Of a DNA stretch of 55,872 bases, positions 38,265-46,428 are shown one piece after another. Under the pieces are notes generated by a model. That model was not told the DNA's origin and did not search any database. It was given only the letters and a program-made list of their open reading frames with translations. Every line of letters begins with the position of its first letter. The stretch's first letter is position 1. The translations under genes were made by a program, and so were the position numbers. The stretch is from Patescibacteria group bacterium (GTDB taxonomy: Bacteria > Patescibacteriota > Patescibacteriia > Patescibacteriales > JAQTRU01): assembly GCA_028711415.1 (NCBI GenBank), contig JAQTSG010000001.1, positions 1 to 55,872 of the forward strand, written 5' to 3'.

Positions 38265-38537
38265 ATGAAAAAAGTTAAAAATTTAGAGGATAAACCCTCC
38301 TCTGCTAAAGCTACGGAGGACAAGATTAAAAAAGTTATAGAGAAAGTCCGGCCAAGTTTACAAGCCGACGGCGGCGATATTAGGTTTGTCGGCTGGTATC
38401 CGGAAACCGGAATCGTTCAGGTGAGTTTAGTCGGCCACTGCGCGCATTGCCCGATGTCGCAGATGACTTTAAAGCAGGGAATCGAGGCGGAAATTAAGAA
38501 GGTGGTACCCGAGGTTAAAGAAGTGATAAACACTTAA
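38265..38537 (+). CDS. NifU C-terminal (Nfu-type) domain protein
   Basis: VRPSLQADGGDI and GHCAHCPMSQMTLK (CxxC) motifs. Confidence 0.85.
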   Translation: MKKVKNLEDKPSSAKATEDKIKKVIEKVRPSLQADGGDIRFVGWYPETGIVQVSLVGHCAHCPMSQMTLKQGIEAEIKKVVPEVKEVINT

Positions 38538-38634
38538 TTTTCAATTATCAATTTTTAAACAATTTTCAATGTATTAATTTCCAAACTACGAACTTTGTTG
38601 TTCATTGAAAATTAGAAATTGAAAATTGTAAATT
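38537..38634. repeat. AT-rich heptamer-word inverted repeat (AAATTGA word)
   Basis: TTTTCAATTATCAATTTTTAAACAATTTTCAATG ... CATTGAAAATTAGAAATTGAAAATTGTAAATT. Confidence 0.85.
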
Positions 38635-38635
38635 T

Positions 38636-39928
38636 ATGAAAATATATTTTGACCACAGCGCTACCACGCCAATAGACAAAAAAGTGCTAAAAGAAATGAC
38701 GCCGTATTTTGGCGAGAAGTTCGGCAATCCTTCGTCAATCCATAGTTTTGGCCAGGCGGCCGTAGCCGGGGTTGATAAAGCCAGGGAACAAGTAGCTAAG
38801 TTTTTAAATTGCGAGCCGGGAGAAGTTATCTTCACTTCCGGAGCGACTGAGTCTGATAATCTGGCTTTGCGGGGCGTTATTGGCGCCATAAAAAGACAGG
38901 GCATAGCCAAGCCGCATGTCATCACGACTTTAATTGAACATGATGCTGTGCTTGCCCCCTGCTTAGAGATGGAAAGAGAAGGAGTGGAAATTACTTTTTT
39001 ACCGGTTAAACCCAATGGGGTAGTGGATTTAGAAAAATTAAAGAAAGCTATAAAAGAAAATACGGTCTTGGTTTCCGTAATGTACGTTAACAGCGAAGTC
39101 GGCAGTATCCAACCGATCAGGGAAATCGGAAAAATTATAGAAAAGATAAATAAAGATAAGTTGAATGAATGGAAAAAGGCAAGAACCAAAGACCGGGGAG
39201 AGAAACCCCGACCGATTTATTTTCACACGGACGCGACCCAGGCCCTGAATTTCCTGCCTGCCGATACGAAATATCTGCATGTTGATCTATTAAGTTTGTC
39301 CGGGCATAAAATTTACGGGCCAAAAGGCATAGGGGCGCTCTATGTTAAAAATGGCGTTCCGCTTAAGGCAATCCAGCTAGGCGGGCATCATGAGAAAAAT
39401 CTCCGTAGTGGCACGTTAAATGTTCCCGGAATAGTTGGGTTAGGCGCGGCAGTAAGTCTGCTAGACAAAAAAACAAGAAAACCCCACTACGCCGAGGCTT
39501 CGAGGGGCAAGCAAGAAAACAAAAAAACATGGGAAGGTACGAATAAGAAAATTGCTCGGTTAAGGGACATGTTGGTTGATGGGGTTATGAAGAATATCCC
39601 AGACGTTATCCTGAATACTGACCGGGAGAATTCTACTCCGGCGCACGCCCATTTTTCCTTTTTAGGCGTGGAAGGGGAGTCAATTTTAATCGCCCTTGAT
39701 TTAGAAGGAATTGCGGTTTCTACGGGTTCGGCCTGCGCTTCCGGTTCGCTTAAAGCTTCGCATGTTTTAATCGCCATGGGCATAAAAAAGGAAATTGCTC
39801 ATAATTCCATCCGTTTCAGCTTAGGCAATAATAATACGGAAGCGGAAATAAAAAGAGTGATAAAGGTTTTGCCGCCGATTATAAAGAAGTTAAGAGGCAT
39901 GAATCCGGACTACGGTCAAGAAAACTAA
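38636..39928 (+). CDS. Cysteine desulfurase (NifS/IscS class) with two low-complexity insertions
   Basis: SGHKIYGPKG PLP-lysine motif; STGSACASG active-site Cys loop. Confidence 0.9.
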   Translation: MKIYFDHSATTPIDKKVLKEMTPYFGEKFGNPSSIHSFGQAAVAGVDKAREQVAKFLNCEPGEVIFTSGATESDNLALRGVIGAIKRQGIAKPHVITTLIEHDAVLAPCLEMEREGVEITFLPVKPNGVVDLEKLKKAIKENTVLVSVMYVNSEVGSIQPIREIGKIIEKINKDKLNEWKKARTKDRGEKPRPIYFHTDATQALNFLPADTKYLHVDLLSLSGHKIYGPKGIGALYVKNGVPLKAIQLGGHHEKNLRSGTLNVPGIVGLGAAVSLLDKKTRKPHYAEASRGKQENKKTWEGTNKKIARLRDMLVDGVMKNIPDVILNTDRENSTPAHAHFSFLGVEGESILIALDLEGIAVSTGSACASGSLKASHVLIAMGIKKEIAHNSIRFSLGNNNTEAEIKRVIKVLPPIIKKLRGMNPDYGQEN

Positions 39929-39952
39929 AAAGCAAAAAAGCAAGAAAACAAA

Positions 39953-39986
39953 GGGGTTCGACCCCCAAGCTTGGGGGTCGAACCCC
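39953..39986. repeat. Palindrome GGGGTTCGACCCCC-AAGCTT-GGGGGTCGAACCCC (probable terminator)
   Basis: Direct read; a second copy lies inside miaA at 49117-49149. Confidence 0.9.
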
Positions 39987-40026
39987 TATTATATATTTTG
40001 CTAAAATAAGCTATATTTTTTAACGC

Positions 40027-40055
40027 TTGACTTTTTTTAAAAAAACTGCTAAAAT
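40027..40055 (+). promoter_or_regulatory. Promoter TTGACT-17-TAAAAT
   Basis: Direct read, followed by the small hairpin TTCTCTTA AAA TAAGAGAA. Confidence 0.65.
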
Positions 40056-40123
40056 ATTTTATTCTCTTAAAATAAGAGAAACTTTGCCTCAAGAAGAGGT
40101 GATAATTCACAAAATGGAGGGTG

Positions 40124-41017
40124 ATGACGATGGACACATCGATCACGCCAAATGCGAGTTCTGCACGGGGGCCCATAACGCCCATAACTCCGGAACAACA
40201 GCTTCGAATTATGGAAATGGCAGCAGATGCGGCCAGGGCAGCAGTGAGAGAAGCTCTCGCCGACGTTTCAATACCTAAAGATGTAGCTCAGGTAGAAATT
40301 ATCGAAGCAGGAAAAAGGTGGGTGCACGGTGTGCAAGAAGCGGTAGAAAGAAGGGTGTACAGAATGGCTGCCGAAGGTGTGTTAGGTTGTAGATTAAGAT
40401 TATTTTATCCCCCTTTTAATGGGGGAGGCGAGCACTTTGATAATTCTTATTTTCGAGAGAGACTTGCATACTGGACGGGATTCTGGAAAAACCTCGGTAT
40501 CGCCGATCCTGACTTTGAGGGTATCCGACCTTTCGATGATTATCCCGGTTACTGGAACTGCATTATGGCGGGGAATGAACAAATCACTGCACAATGGATG
40601 TTTGAAAAATGTTGCGAGTTATTTCCTTGTAAGGAGGAAGGAGACTGTATTATTTCTAAAAGCGGACCGCGTGATGATATTAGGGGCTTAGGGTTTATCA
40701 GGGCTTATCCCGTTTGGTTTCTCAATTCGCAGGAAGCAGATCCGCCATTGAGGGGATTGTCGAGGTTTGAAAATCTTAAAGGCTGGGTGGTTGGGATTAA
40801 TCTTATTGAGAGACTGATGTTGGAAATTGATTATTTTAAACGTACCGGTCTTCACCTCGATCAAGAAACTGAAACCGTATGTCCAGGGTGGCATCATGGT
40901 TACCACACACCTATAGTCAAATTCCGAAATGGGGTAATAGTTATAACGGGGGGATATGGTGCTCCTGAAAGTGCTGTTAGGGAGGCATTCTTCGATTATT
41001 ATGTGAGTTCACATTAA
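40124..41017 (+). CDS. Orphan ~297-aa protein, no recognisable family
   Basis: GGAGGG at 40116; candidate starts GTG 40121, ATG 40124, ATG 40130; Trp/Cys/His-rich (CPGWHHGYH). Confidence 0.6.
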   Translation: MTMDTSITPNASSARGPITPITPEQQLRIMEMAADAARAAVREALADVSIPKDVAQVEIIEAGKRWVHGVQEAVERRVYRMAAEGVLGCRLRLFYPPFNGGGEHFDNSYFRERLAYWTGFWKNLGIADPDFEGIRPFDDYPGYWNCIMAGNEQITAQWMFEKCCELFPCKEEGDCIISKSGPRDDIRGLGFIRAYPVWFLNSQEADPPLRGLSRFENLKGWVVGINLIERLMLEIDYFKRTGLHLDQETETVCPGWHHGYHTPIVKFRNGVIVITGGYGAPESAVREAFFDYYVSSH

Positions 41018-41036
41018 AGCACATTGTACATTCAAA

Positions 41037-41068
41037 AGAGCGGGTAGATGTTTTACCCGCTCTTTTTT
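41037..41068 (+). terminator. Intrinsic terminator after the orphan gene
   Basis: AGAGCGGGTA-N7-TACCCGCTCT followed by T6. Confidence 0.85.
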
Positions 41069-41112
41069 CTTGCCCAAGATTCCATATTAAAAAATAATAT
41101 AAAAAAATAAGT

Positions 41113-41159
41113 AAAAACCCCGAAGATGAAATTAATCATCTCGGGGTTTTTATTTTTTT
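41113..41159. terminator. Bidirectional terminator
   Basis: CCCCGAAGATGA-N6-TCATCTCGGGG flanked by A-run and T-run. Confidence 0.8.
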
Positions 41160-41160
41160 G

Positions 41161-41643
41161 TCAGAGTTTGAAATATTCCGCGATCTCGTTCCAGGATTTG
41201 ACGATTTTGGCTCGTTTGGCGACTTCGGGATATTCTAACATTTTTTCCGAAATAGGATTAAAAGCTATTAGCTCAATTCCTTCCGGAAAAAATTTTAGGG
41301 TTTTTGGGCTGTCATCAATCATATAAGTGAATCCTAGCCCATTGGCAATCGACCCTTTTTCTTCACCCTTCTCGCAGATAAATACATTACTCCAAAGCAT
41401 GCCGGTTCTTTGCAGTATTTGGTTTCTTTCAAGCCAGATCCCGGCGGCGAACGCTTGCCGGGAGGGAAACTGCGTAGAGAGAATAAAGATGTTTTCCGCG
41501 CCAAAACGTTTTACCATCTTTATTAAGACTTCAACAGCCCCTTCCGTTACTGGGAAAGAGGGGTAGTTTTCCCGGATATAATCCTTGCCCTCCCTATCCC
41601 GCCAAGCTAAAACATGGCCAATATCCACGCCAATTCTCGCCAT
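41161..41643 (-). CDS. HAD-superfamily, 5'(3')-deoxyribonucleotidase (NT5C)-like protein with atypical motif I
   Basis: RIGVDIGHVLA (DxG instead of DxD), FILST, MIDDSPK; AAGGAG 7 nt upstream of the ATG. Confidence 0.5.
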   Translation of the reverse strand: MARIGVDIGHVLAWRDREGKDYIRENYPSFPVTEGAVEVLIKMVKRFGAENIFILSTQFPSRQAFAAGIWLERNQILQRTGMLWSNVFICEKGEEKGSIANGLGFTYMIDDSPKTLKFFPEGIELIAFNPISEKMLEYPEVAKRAKIVKSWNEIAEYFKL

Positions 41644-41670
41644 TTCTTTTCTCCTTGAGTTTTAAGGTGC

Positions 41671-41756
41671 AAAAAATCCGCAATAATCTAAAGTGATAGG
41701 TTGCGGATTGTCAATGATCTGGGGAAAAGATAGTTTAATCTTTTGGATTCAGCCAT
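41671..41756 (-). promoter_or_regulatory. Candidate leader ORF (22 codons, 41756-41688) overlapping a terminator-like hairpin (41709-41675 plus T-run)
   Basis: GGAG-5nt-ATG; MAESKRLNYLFPRSLTIRNLSL; AATCCGCAA-N17-TTGCGGATT followed by TTTT. Confidence 0.3.
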
Positions 41757-41794
41757 CTTTTCTCCAGAACAAAGGTATATTTAGTTTTCATTTT

Positions 41795-41823
41795 ATAGTA
41801 GCATACTTATAATATTTTGTCAA
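41795..41823 (-). promoter_or_regulatory. Promoter TTGACA-17-TACTAT on the minus strand
   Basis: Reverse complement of 41795-41823. Confidence 0.6.
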
Positions 41824-41940
41824 TAGATAAAAAATTGGCTAAAAATAAATAAAATTTATCAATTTTAATCTCCGAATATGCTTCATGAAGGGTCTAAAGT
41901 TCCGGAATTTTATAATTAGGCCCTCTTTTTCACGAAATTA

Positions 41941-41969
41941 TTGACAAGAGTTTTTTATCGTGTTAGTAT
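41941..41969 (+). promoter_or_regulatory. Promoter TTGACA-17-TAGTAT
   Basis: Direct read. Confidence 0.65.
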
Positions 41970-41986
41970 ACTAATGTAATAAAAAA

Positions 41987-42028
41987 TAAAACCCCCGAAA
42001 CAATTTTGCTTCAGGGATTTTATTTTTT
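41987..42028 (+). terminator. Terminator-like hairpin ~15 nt after the predicted TSS
   Basis: AAAACCCCCGAA-N10-TTCAGGGATTTT followed by ATTTTTT. Confidence 0.5.
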
Positions 42029-42121
42029 GCCATTTAATTTTTTTCGCTCATTGGAAAAAATATTATTTTTCGTTTTAGAGCCTAGACAATATCAAAAAAA
42101 ACAACAAAGGGGAGGAGAAGG

Positions 42122-42292
42122 ATGTCTGACGCAACAAGTTCGGAAACCCGTTTGAGTTTTTTTGAAAGGGAAAGAGACAGATACAGGCGGTTAAAAGAAG
42201 AAATGGCTGCTTTGTTAAGGGACTTGCAAAAGAGAAGGGGTCTCGTCTCAGCAGAAGTCCCAGCAGAAGTCAGAGAAACCGGCGATAAATAA
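42122..42292 (+). CDS. Unlisted small ORF, 56 aa, charged/helical
   Basis: GGGGAGGAGAAGG immediately upstream of ATG 42122; MSDATSSETRLSFFERERDRYRRLKEEMAALLRDLQKRRGLVSAEVPAEVRETGDK; terminator follows; below the ORF-track length cutoff. Confidence 0.45.
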   Translation: MSDATSSETRLSFFERERDRYRRLKEEMAALLRDLQKRRGLVSAEVPAEVRETGDK

Positions 42293-42312
42293 TCGTCGAA
42301 AAGAATAAAAAT

Positions 42313-42346
42313 AACCGCCAAGGCGCTTAAGCCAAGGCGGTTTTTT
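42313..42346. terminator. Bidirectional terminator
   Basis: AACCGCCAAGGC GCTTAA GCCAAGGCGGTT followed by T6. Confidence 0.7.
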
Positions 42347-42358
42347 CTTTGTTTTAAT

Positions 42359-44341
42359 TTATTTTGAGTATTTGAAAATATAAATTTCTCCATCTCCGAT
42401 TTCGGTCCAGGAATCTGCTTCTAATTTAGCTTCAGCCAGAATTTTTGGGAAAGCCCACCAATATTTATTTAAGACAAAATAGCTTTGGCTGACGCCGGCA
42501 AAGTCCATGGCCGCGGCCATTGTATCATGGCCTGGTTTTTTATAAACCATATCCAGATAATATTGGTAAAGCTGACCACCGGTGGGGATGGGATAAAAAT
42601 AGACATTATCTGAATCCCCCTCGCCCTCTTTATCAGGGGGGTAATAATGGCTAAAGCCGAATTCGCGCAGGGCGGCGGCGCTTACCTGCTGGTTAGCCAG
42701 CGCGATATAATCGCCTCCAGCATCGTTTTCTATCCAATGAACCGCCTCTATATCATTTTGCCCCGTAGAATAACCATGAGAATTAAAATAGCGGTCAAAA
42801 CGAGGATAAGAGAGATAAAGAGAAGAGGTAATTAAAATGGCGGTAAAGATGAGAAAAGGTATTTTTAGGCTTTTCTTCCGCTCTAAGATTTTTTCAAGCA
42901 GGCCGTAAAGAGGAATAATAACAAAGGGAAGAAGAAAGATGACAATCAGGGAAAGAATTCTTTCCGAGTAATCGCCTCTTTCATAAGAGATTAAAAAATT
43001 AAAAGGAAGTTTATTGGTTAAGACATAAGCGATTATTAAAGAAGCCGCGATAATCAAATTGGGAAAGTAAATTTTACAATTTTGACGGTGGCGGTAAGCG
43101 ATGAATAAACCGATCAGGATAAGAACGGCGATTAAAGTTCTTAAATTGAAGGCGTAAAGATAAATAAAATTCAGGATAAAATTTTCCTTTCCGGGAATAG
43201 TAATTTTTTCTAAAATATCAGGGCTGATTGCGGCTTCAGCCGGATCGGCAACTCCGTTATTTTTATTAACGAAATAAAAAGCCAAAGGCAAAGAAATGCT
43301 GGAAAAAATAAAAATTAAGAGATAAAAATATTTTTTTAATTTATCTTGATTACTGTGGTAAGCGGTTAAAGCCAAAGCAAAAAAAAGCGCGGGTAAACCG
43401 GCTAAAGGATGGCAAGCTAATCCGGCTAAAGCAAAAATATAAACAATAGCCAATTCTTTTTGGGAGGAGCAGGTAAGTCCGTAAAGGATGGTAAGAAAGA
43501 GAAAAAGATAAGCTAAATTTTGCGGAGTGGTGATAATAAAAATGGAAAAAGGCAGGATTAAAATGGCGAGGGGCAATAAAAGATTAACTTTTTCCTGACT
43601 GAAACATTTTTTTAAGAACTGGAAAATGGCGCCGGGGAGAAATAAGGCCGCCAAAGCCGGCACTAGCAATTTATCAAGACAAACAATCGACAAAGTAGTA
43701 ATTTTATGTAAAATGACAATTAAGCCGTATTGGCCAAGATAATAAAAGGGCTTAGGATAAACCGCGCCGGTTTTATCGATTAATTCGGCCGTGGCCTGAT
43801 GAATAAAAGGGTCAAAGCCATAACCGATTTTATAGATAATTACGGCCGCGGAGAAAGAAAGAAAATAATGCAAACTGATAAGGGCAAGAAAAATTTTTCT
43901 TTGCGGTTGAGAAAAGGCGATGGTAAAAATAAGAATAAGAGTGGCAAGGCCGTAGAAAGCGAAAAAATAAGGTGAAACTACTTCCCATGGGGAAATCAGA
44001 GCCCCGCTGGTCCTGGCTTTAAATAGAGTATAAGCGGTTAAGCAAAAAAGGAGACCATAGAAAAAAAGAGAAACCACCGCCAAAGCGGGGCGGGCAAAAA
44101 ATAAATAGTTATTTTTTTTCTGCTCCGCTTTCGGGTATCTTGTTTCATGGCTGTAGCCATGGCTTTTGTTTTTTAATTTATAGAGGATAAAAGTAAAACA
44201 AAGGCCGGACAGAACAAGGCTGGCAGCCGCGCCAAGATTGTCTAGGCGGTAAAAGCGATAGATAGCCGCTCCGAAAAAAGAAATCAGGCCGACTAGGACA
44301 GCTAAAAAATATAAGTAATTTTTCCCGAAATATTTTTCCAT
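42359..44341 (-). CDS. Large polytopic membrane protein with C-terminal extracytoplasmic domain (possible GT-C-like)
   Basis: 660 aa, >12 predicted TM helices; no confident family assignment. Confidence 0.65.
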   Translation of the reverse strand: MEKYFGKNYLYFLAVLVGLISFFGAAIYRFYRLDNLGAAASLVLSGLCFTFILYKLKNKSHGYSHETRYPKAEQKKNNYLFFARPALAVVSLFFYGLLFCLTAYTLFKARTSGALISPWEVVSPYFFAFYGLATLILIFTIAFSQPQRKIFLALISLHYFLSFSAAVIIYKIGYGFDPFIHQATAELIDKTGAVYPKPFYYLGQYGLIVILHKITTLSIVCLDKLLVPALAALFLPGAIFQFLKKCFSQEKVNLLLPLAILILPFSIFIITTPQNLAYLFLFLTILYGLTCSSQKELAIVYIFALAGLACHPLAGLPALFFALALTAYHSNQDKLKKYFYLLIFIFSSISLPLAFYFVNKNNGVADPAEAAISPDILEKITIPGKENFILNFIYLYAFNLRTLIAVLILIGLFIAYRHRQNCKIYFPNLIIAASLIIAYVLTNKLPFNFLISYERGDYSERILSLIVIFLLPFVIIPLYGLLEKILERKKSLKIPFLIFTAILITSSLYLSYPRFDRYFNSHGYSTGQNDIEAVHWIENDAGGDYIALANQQVSAAALREFGFSHYYPPDKEGEGDSDNVYFYPIPTGGQLYQYYLDMVYKKPGHDTMAAAMDFAGVSQSYFVLNKYWWAFPKILAEAKLEADSWTEIGDGEIYIFKYSK

Positions 44342-44457
44342 TGTTTAATAATATTATCGGCTGGCGGTTCGGAATGGCAATTTTTAAATAGGTCTACTTC
44401 TATCATAGCAAATTTCAAATTTCCTTGCCATTATTGATATTTTTTGCTAAGATAAGG

Positions 44458-44542
44458 GCACAAAACGAACACAAAAGCACAAAAACACTAAAACACTCTG
44501 TTTCTGTGTTTTGAGGCCGAAGGCCGTGTGTTTTTGTGTTTT
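44458..44542. repeat. Heptamer-word inverted repeat (CACAAAA word) with central GGCCGAAGGCC hairpin
   Basis: GCACAAAACGAACACAAAAGCACAAAAACACTAAAACAC ... GTGTTTTGAGGCCGAAGGCCGTGTGTTTTTGTGTTTT. Confidence 0.85.
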
Positions 44543-44574
44543 CTATTTAAGATGTCCTTAGTTTAAAAGTTAAT

Positions 44575-46404
44575 ATGGAAATTGCACAAAAAATCAAGAT
44601 TTGGCTCAAAGGTCAATGGCCCCTGTTGGCGGTTATTTTTGTGTCTGTCTGTTTTTTCTTTGGCGCTTCCAGCTATAACTATTTAACCCAGGCAGGCGGG
44701 TTTACTAAATGGGCTTCGCCGGACGAGACGGCTAACTATACTTTTTCTAAACTTTACGGCCAGACCGGAGAAATGGCCATATTTGAAGAGTATAATTTAG
44801 TAGGTGAAGATATAATCCATCCCAGAAGTTTTGGGAGTATTGACGGCAATCTTAAGCCCGTTAGTTTTTTAGGGATTATTCTAATTTATGGTTGGTTGGT
44901 AGGCCTAACGACTTATAAGATATTGCCGTTTTTAACTCCGGCCTTAGCCGCTTTAGGAATTATATTTTTCTATCTTTTTATAAAAAAAATTTTTGGGCCG
45001 CGCAACGGCCTGATTTCGACGTTTCTTTTAGCATCTTTTCCGCCTTATCTTTACTACTCGGCCAGGAGTATGTTTCATAATGTTTTATTTGTCGCTCTTT
45101 TGATTTTTGGTTTGTATTTTGGCTTGCTTATGGCCGGGAAAAAATACGAGTGGAAGAATTTGGATTTAGCCAATTGGCTTTTTGCCGCTTTATCCGGATT
45201 TTTTTTCGGCTTGGCCATTATAACGAGGACTTCGGAATTGCTCTGGCTAGCTCCGGCGCTTCTTATTCTTTGGCTTTTTAATTTAAGAAAAATCGGTTTT
45301 ACGAAATTAGTAATTTTTTTATCATCTTTGTTTCTGGCAATTTTACCCGTCCTGTATTGGAACCAAATTTTATACGGCTCGCCTTTATCCGGCGGCTATC
45401 CGGAGATGAACCAGTCGGTTGAAACTTTAGTTGAGTCAAGCGGCGATTTAATAAAATCAACCGCGGCCGGTAATTTAACCTATAGCCGCGAGATGCTTAA
45501 TAAAATAAAAGGGACGATTTTTTATTTCGGCTTTGCCCCGAAGCAGTCAGTGAGGATGTTTTATTATTATTTCACTGATATGTTCCCCTGGCTTTTTTGG
45601 CCGGCGGTTTTCGGCGGCCTTTTGTTTCTTCAGAGGGTCCTTAAATGGAGAAAAAAACATCTGGTCTATTTAATAGTTTACGGATTTATTTCTACTATTT
45701 TGCTTTTTTACTATGGCAGCTGGCTGTTTCATGATAATCCTGACCCGAGAAGTTTTACGATCGGCAATTCTTATACTCGTTATTGGCTGCCGATTTATCT
45801 TGGCGCCCTGCCTTTTACCAGTTTATTTATAATAAAGCTCACCAGGGCGATGTTTCCTCGTTTAGCGAAAATCGCGCCCGAGGAAGCGGAAGGAAAAGTT
45901 TTAGTAAAGAAGGCGATTTTTCCCATGGCGGGCAACTTTATAAAAAAGGAGTTTAAGCGCCTAAAAAGAACTTTCTTTATAAGCTGCAGCCGGGCCGTGC
46001 TTCTTATTTTAATTTATTTTATTTCCATTTCTTTTGTCTTGTTCGGTTCGGAAGAAGGCCTGATTTATTCTATAGAGAACCAGAAAAAATCAAGGTATGA
46101 ACTGGAGAAGATTTTAGAGTTAACCGAGTCTGACGCTGTTATTATTACCCGCTATCACGATAAAGTTTTTTTCCCGGAAAGGAAAGTGATTGTCGGCTTA
46201 TTTGAAGATGATAAGATGAACGTCCGCTACGCAAAGTTAATAAATTATCTGCCGGTTTATTATTATAATTTTACTTTGCCGGAGAAGGATTTTAATTATT
46301 TGAATGGCGAGAAACTGAAAGCGGCGGGCTTACAAATAGCGCCGGTTGAAAAGATTACTGGAGATTTTAGTTTGTACAAGCTGGTAAAGAATCAGGAATT
46401 ATGA
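44575..46404 (+). CDS. GT-C fold glycosyltransferase (family 39 / ArnT-PMT-like)
   Basis: 609 aa polytopic; SPDETANY acidic motif in the first extracytoplasmic loop. Confidence 0.6.
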   Translation: MEIAQKIKIWLKGQWPLLAVIFVSVCFFFGASSYNYLTQAGGFTKWASPDETANYTFSKLYGQTGEMAIFEEYNLVGEDIIHPRSFGSIDGNLKPVSFLGIILIYGWLVGLTTYKILPFLTPALAALGIIFFYLFIKKIFGPRNGLISTFLLASFPPYLYYSARSMFHNVLFVALLIFGLYFGLLMAGKKYEWKNLDLANWLFAALSGFFFGLAIITRTSELLWLAPALLILWLFNLRKIGFTKLVIFLSSLFLAILPVLYWNQILYGSPLSGGYPEMNQSVETLVESSGDLIKSTAAGNLTYSREMLNKIKGTIFYFGFAPKQSVRMFYYYFTDMFPWLFWPAVFGGLLFLQRVLKWRKKHLVYLIVYGFISTILLFYYGSWLFHDNPDPRSFTIGNSYTRYWLPIYLGALPFTSLFIIKLTRAMFPRLAKIAPEEAEGKVLVKKAIFPMAGNFIKKEFKRLKRTFFISCSRAVLLILIYFISISFVLFGSEEGLIYSIENQKKSRYELEKILELTESDAVIITRYHDKVFFPERKVIVGLFEDDKMNVRYAKLINYLPVYYYNFTLPEKDFNYLNGEKLKAAGLQIAPVEKITGDFSLYKLVKNQEL

Positions 46405-46428
46405 ATTAAGATTTAAGATTTAAGATTT

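Noticed and set aside
39953-39986. tRNA-like GGTTCGA T-arm sequence (also at 49117-49149)
   Set aside because: The sequence is a perfect palindrome with no acceptor, D or anticodon arms. I found no convincing tRNA anywhere in the window.
42082-42393. 103-aa minus-strand ORF
   Set aside because: It spans a bidirectional terminator and lies opposite a plus-strand small ORF with a very strong SD. It also overlaps the stop region of the 660-aa gene.
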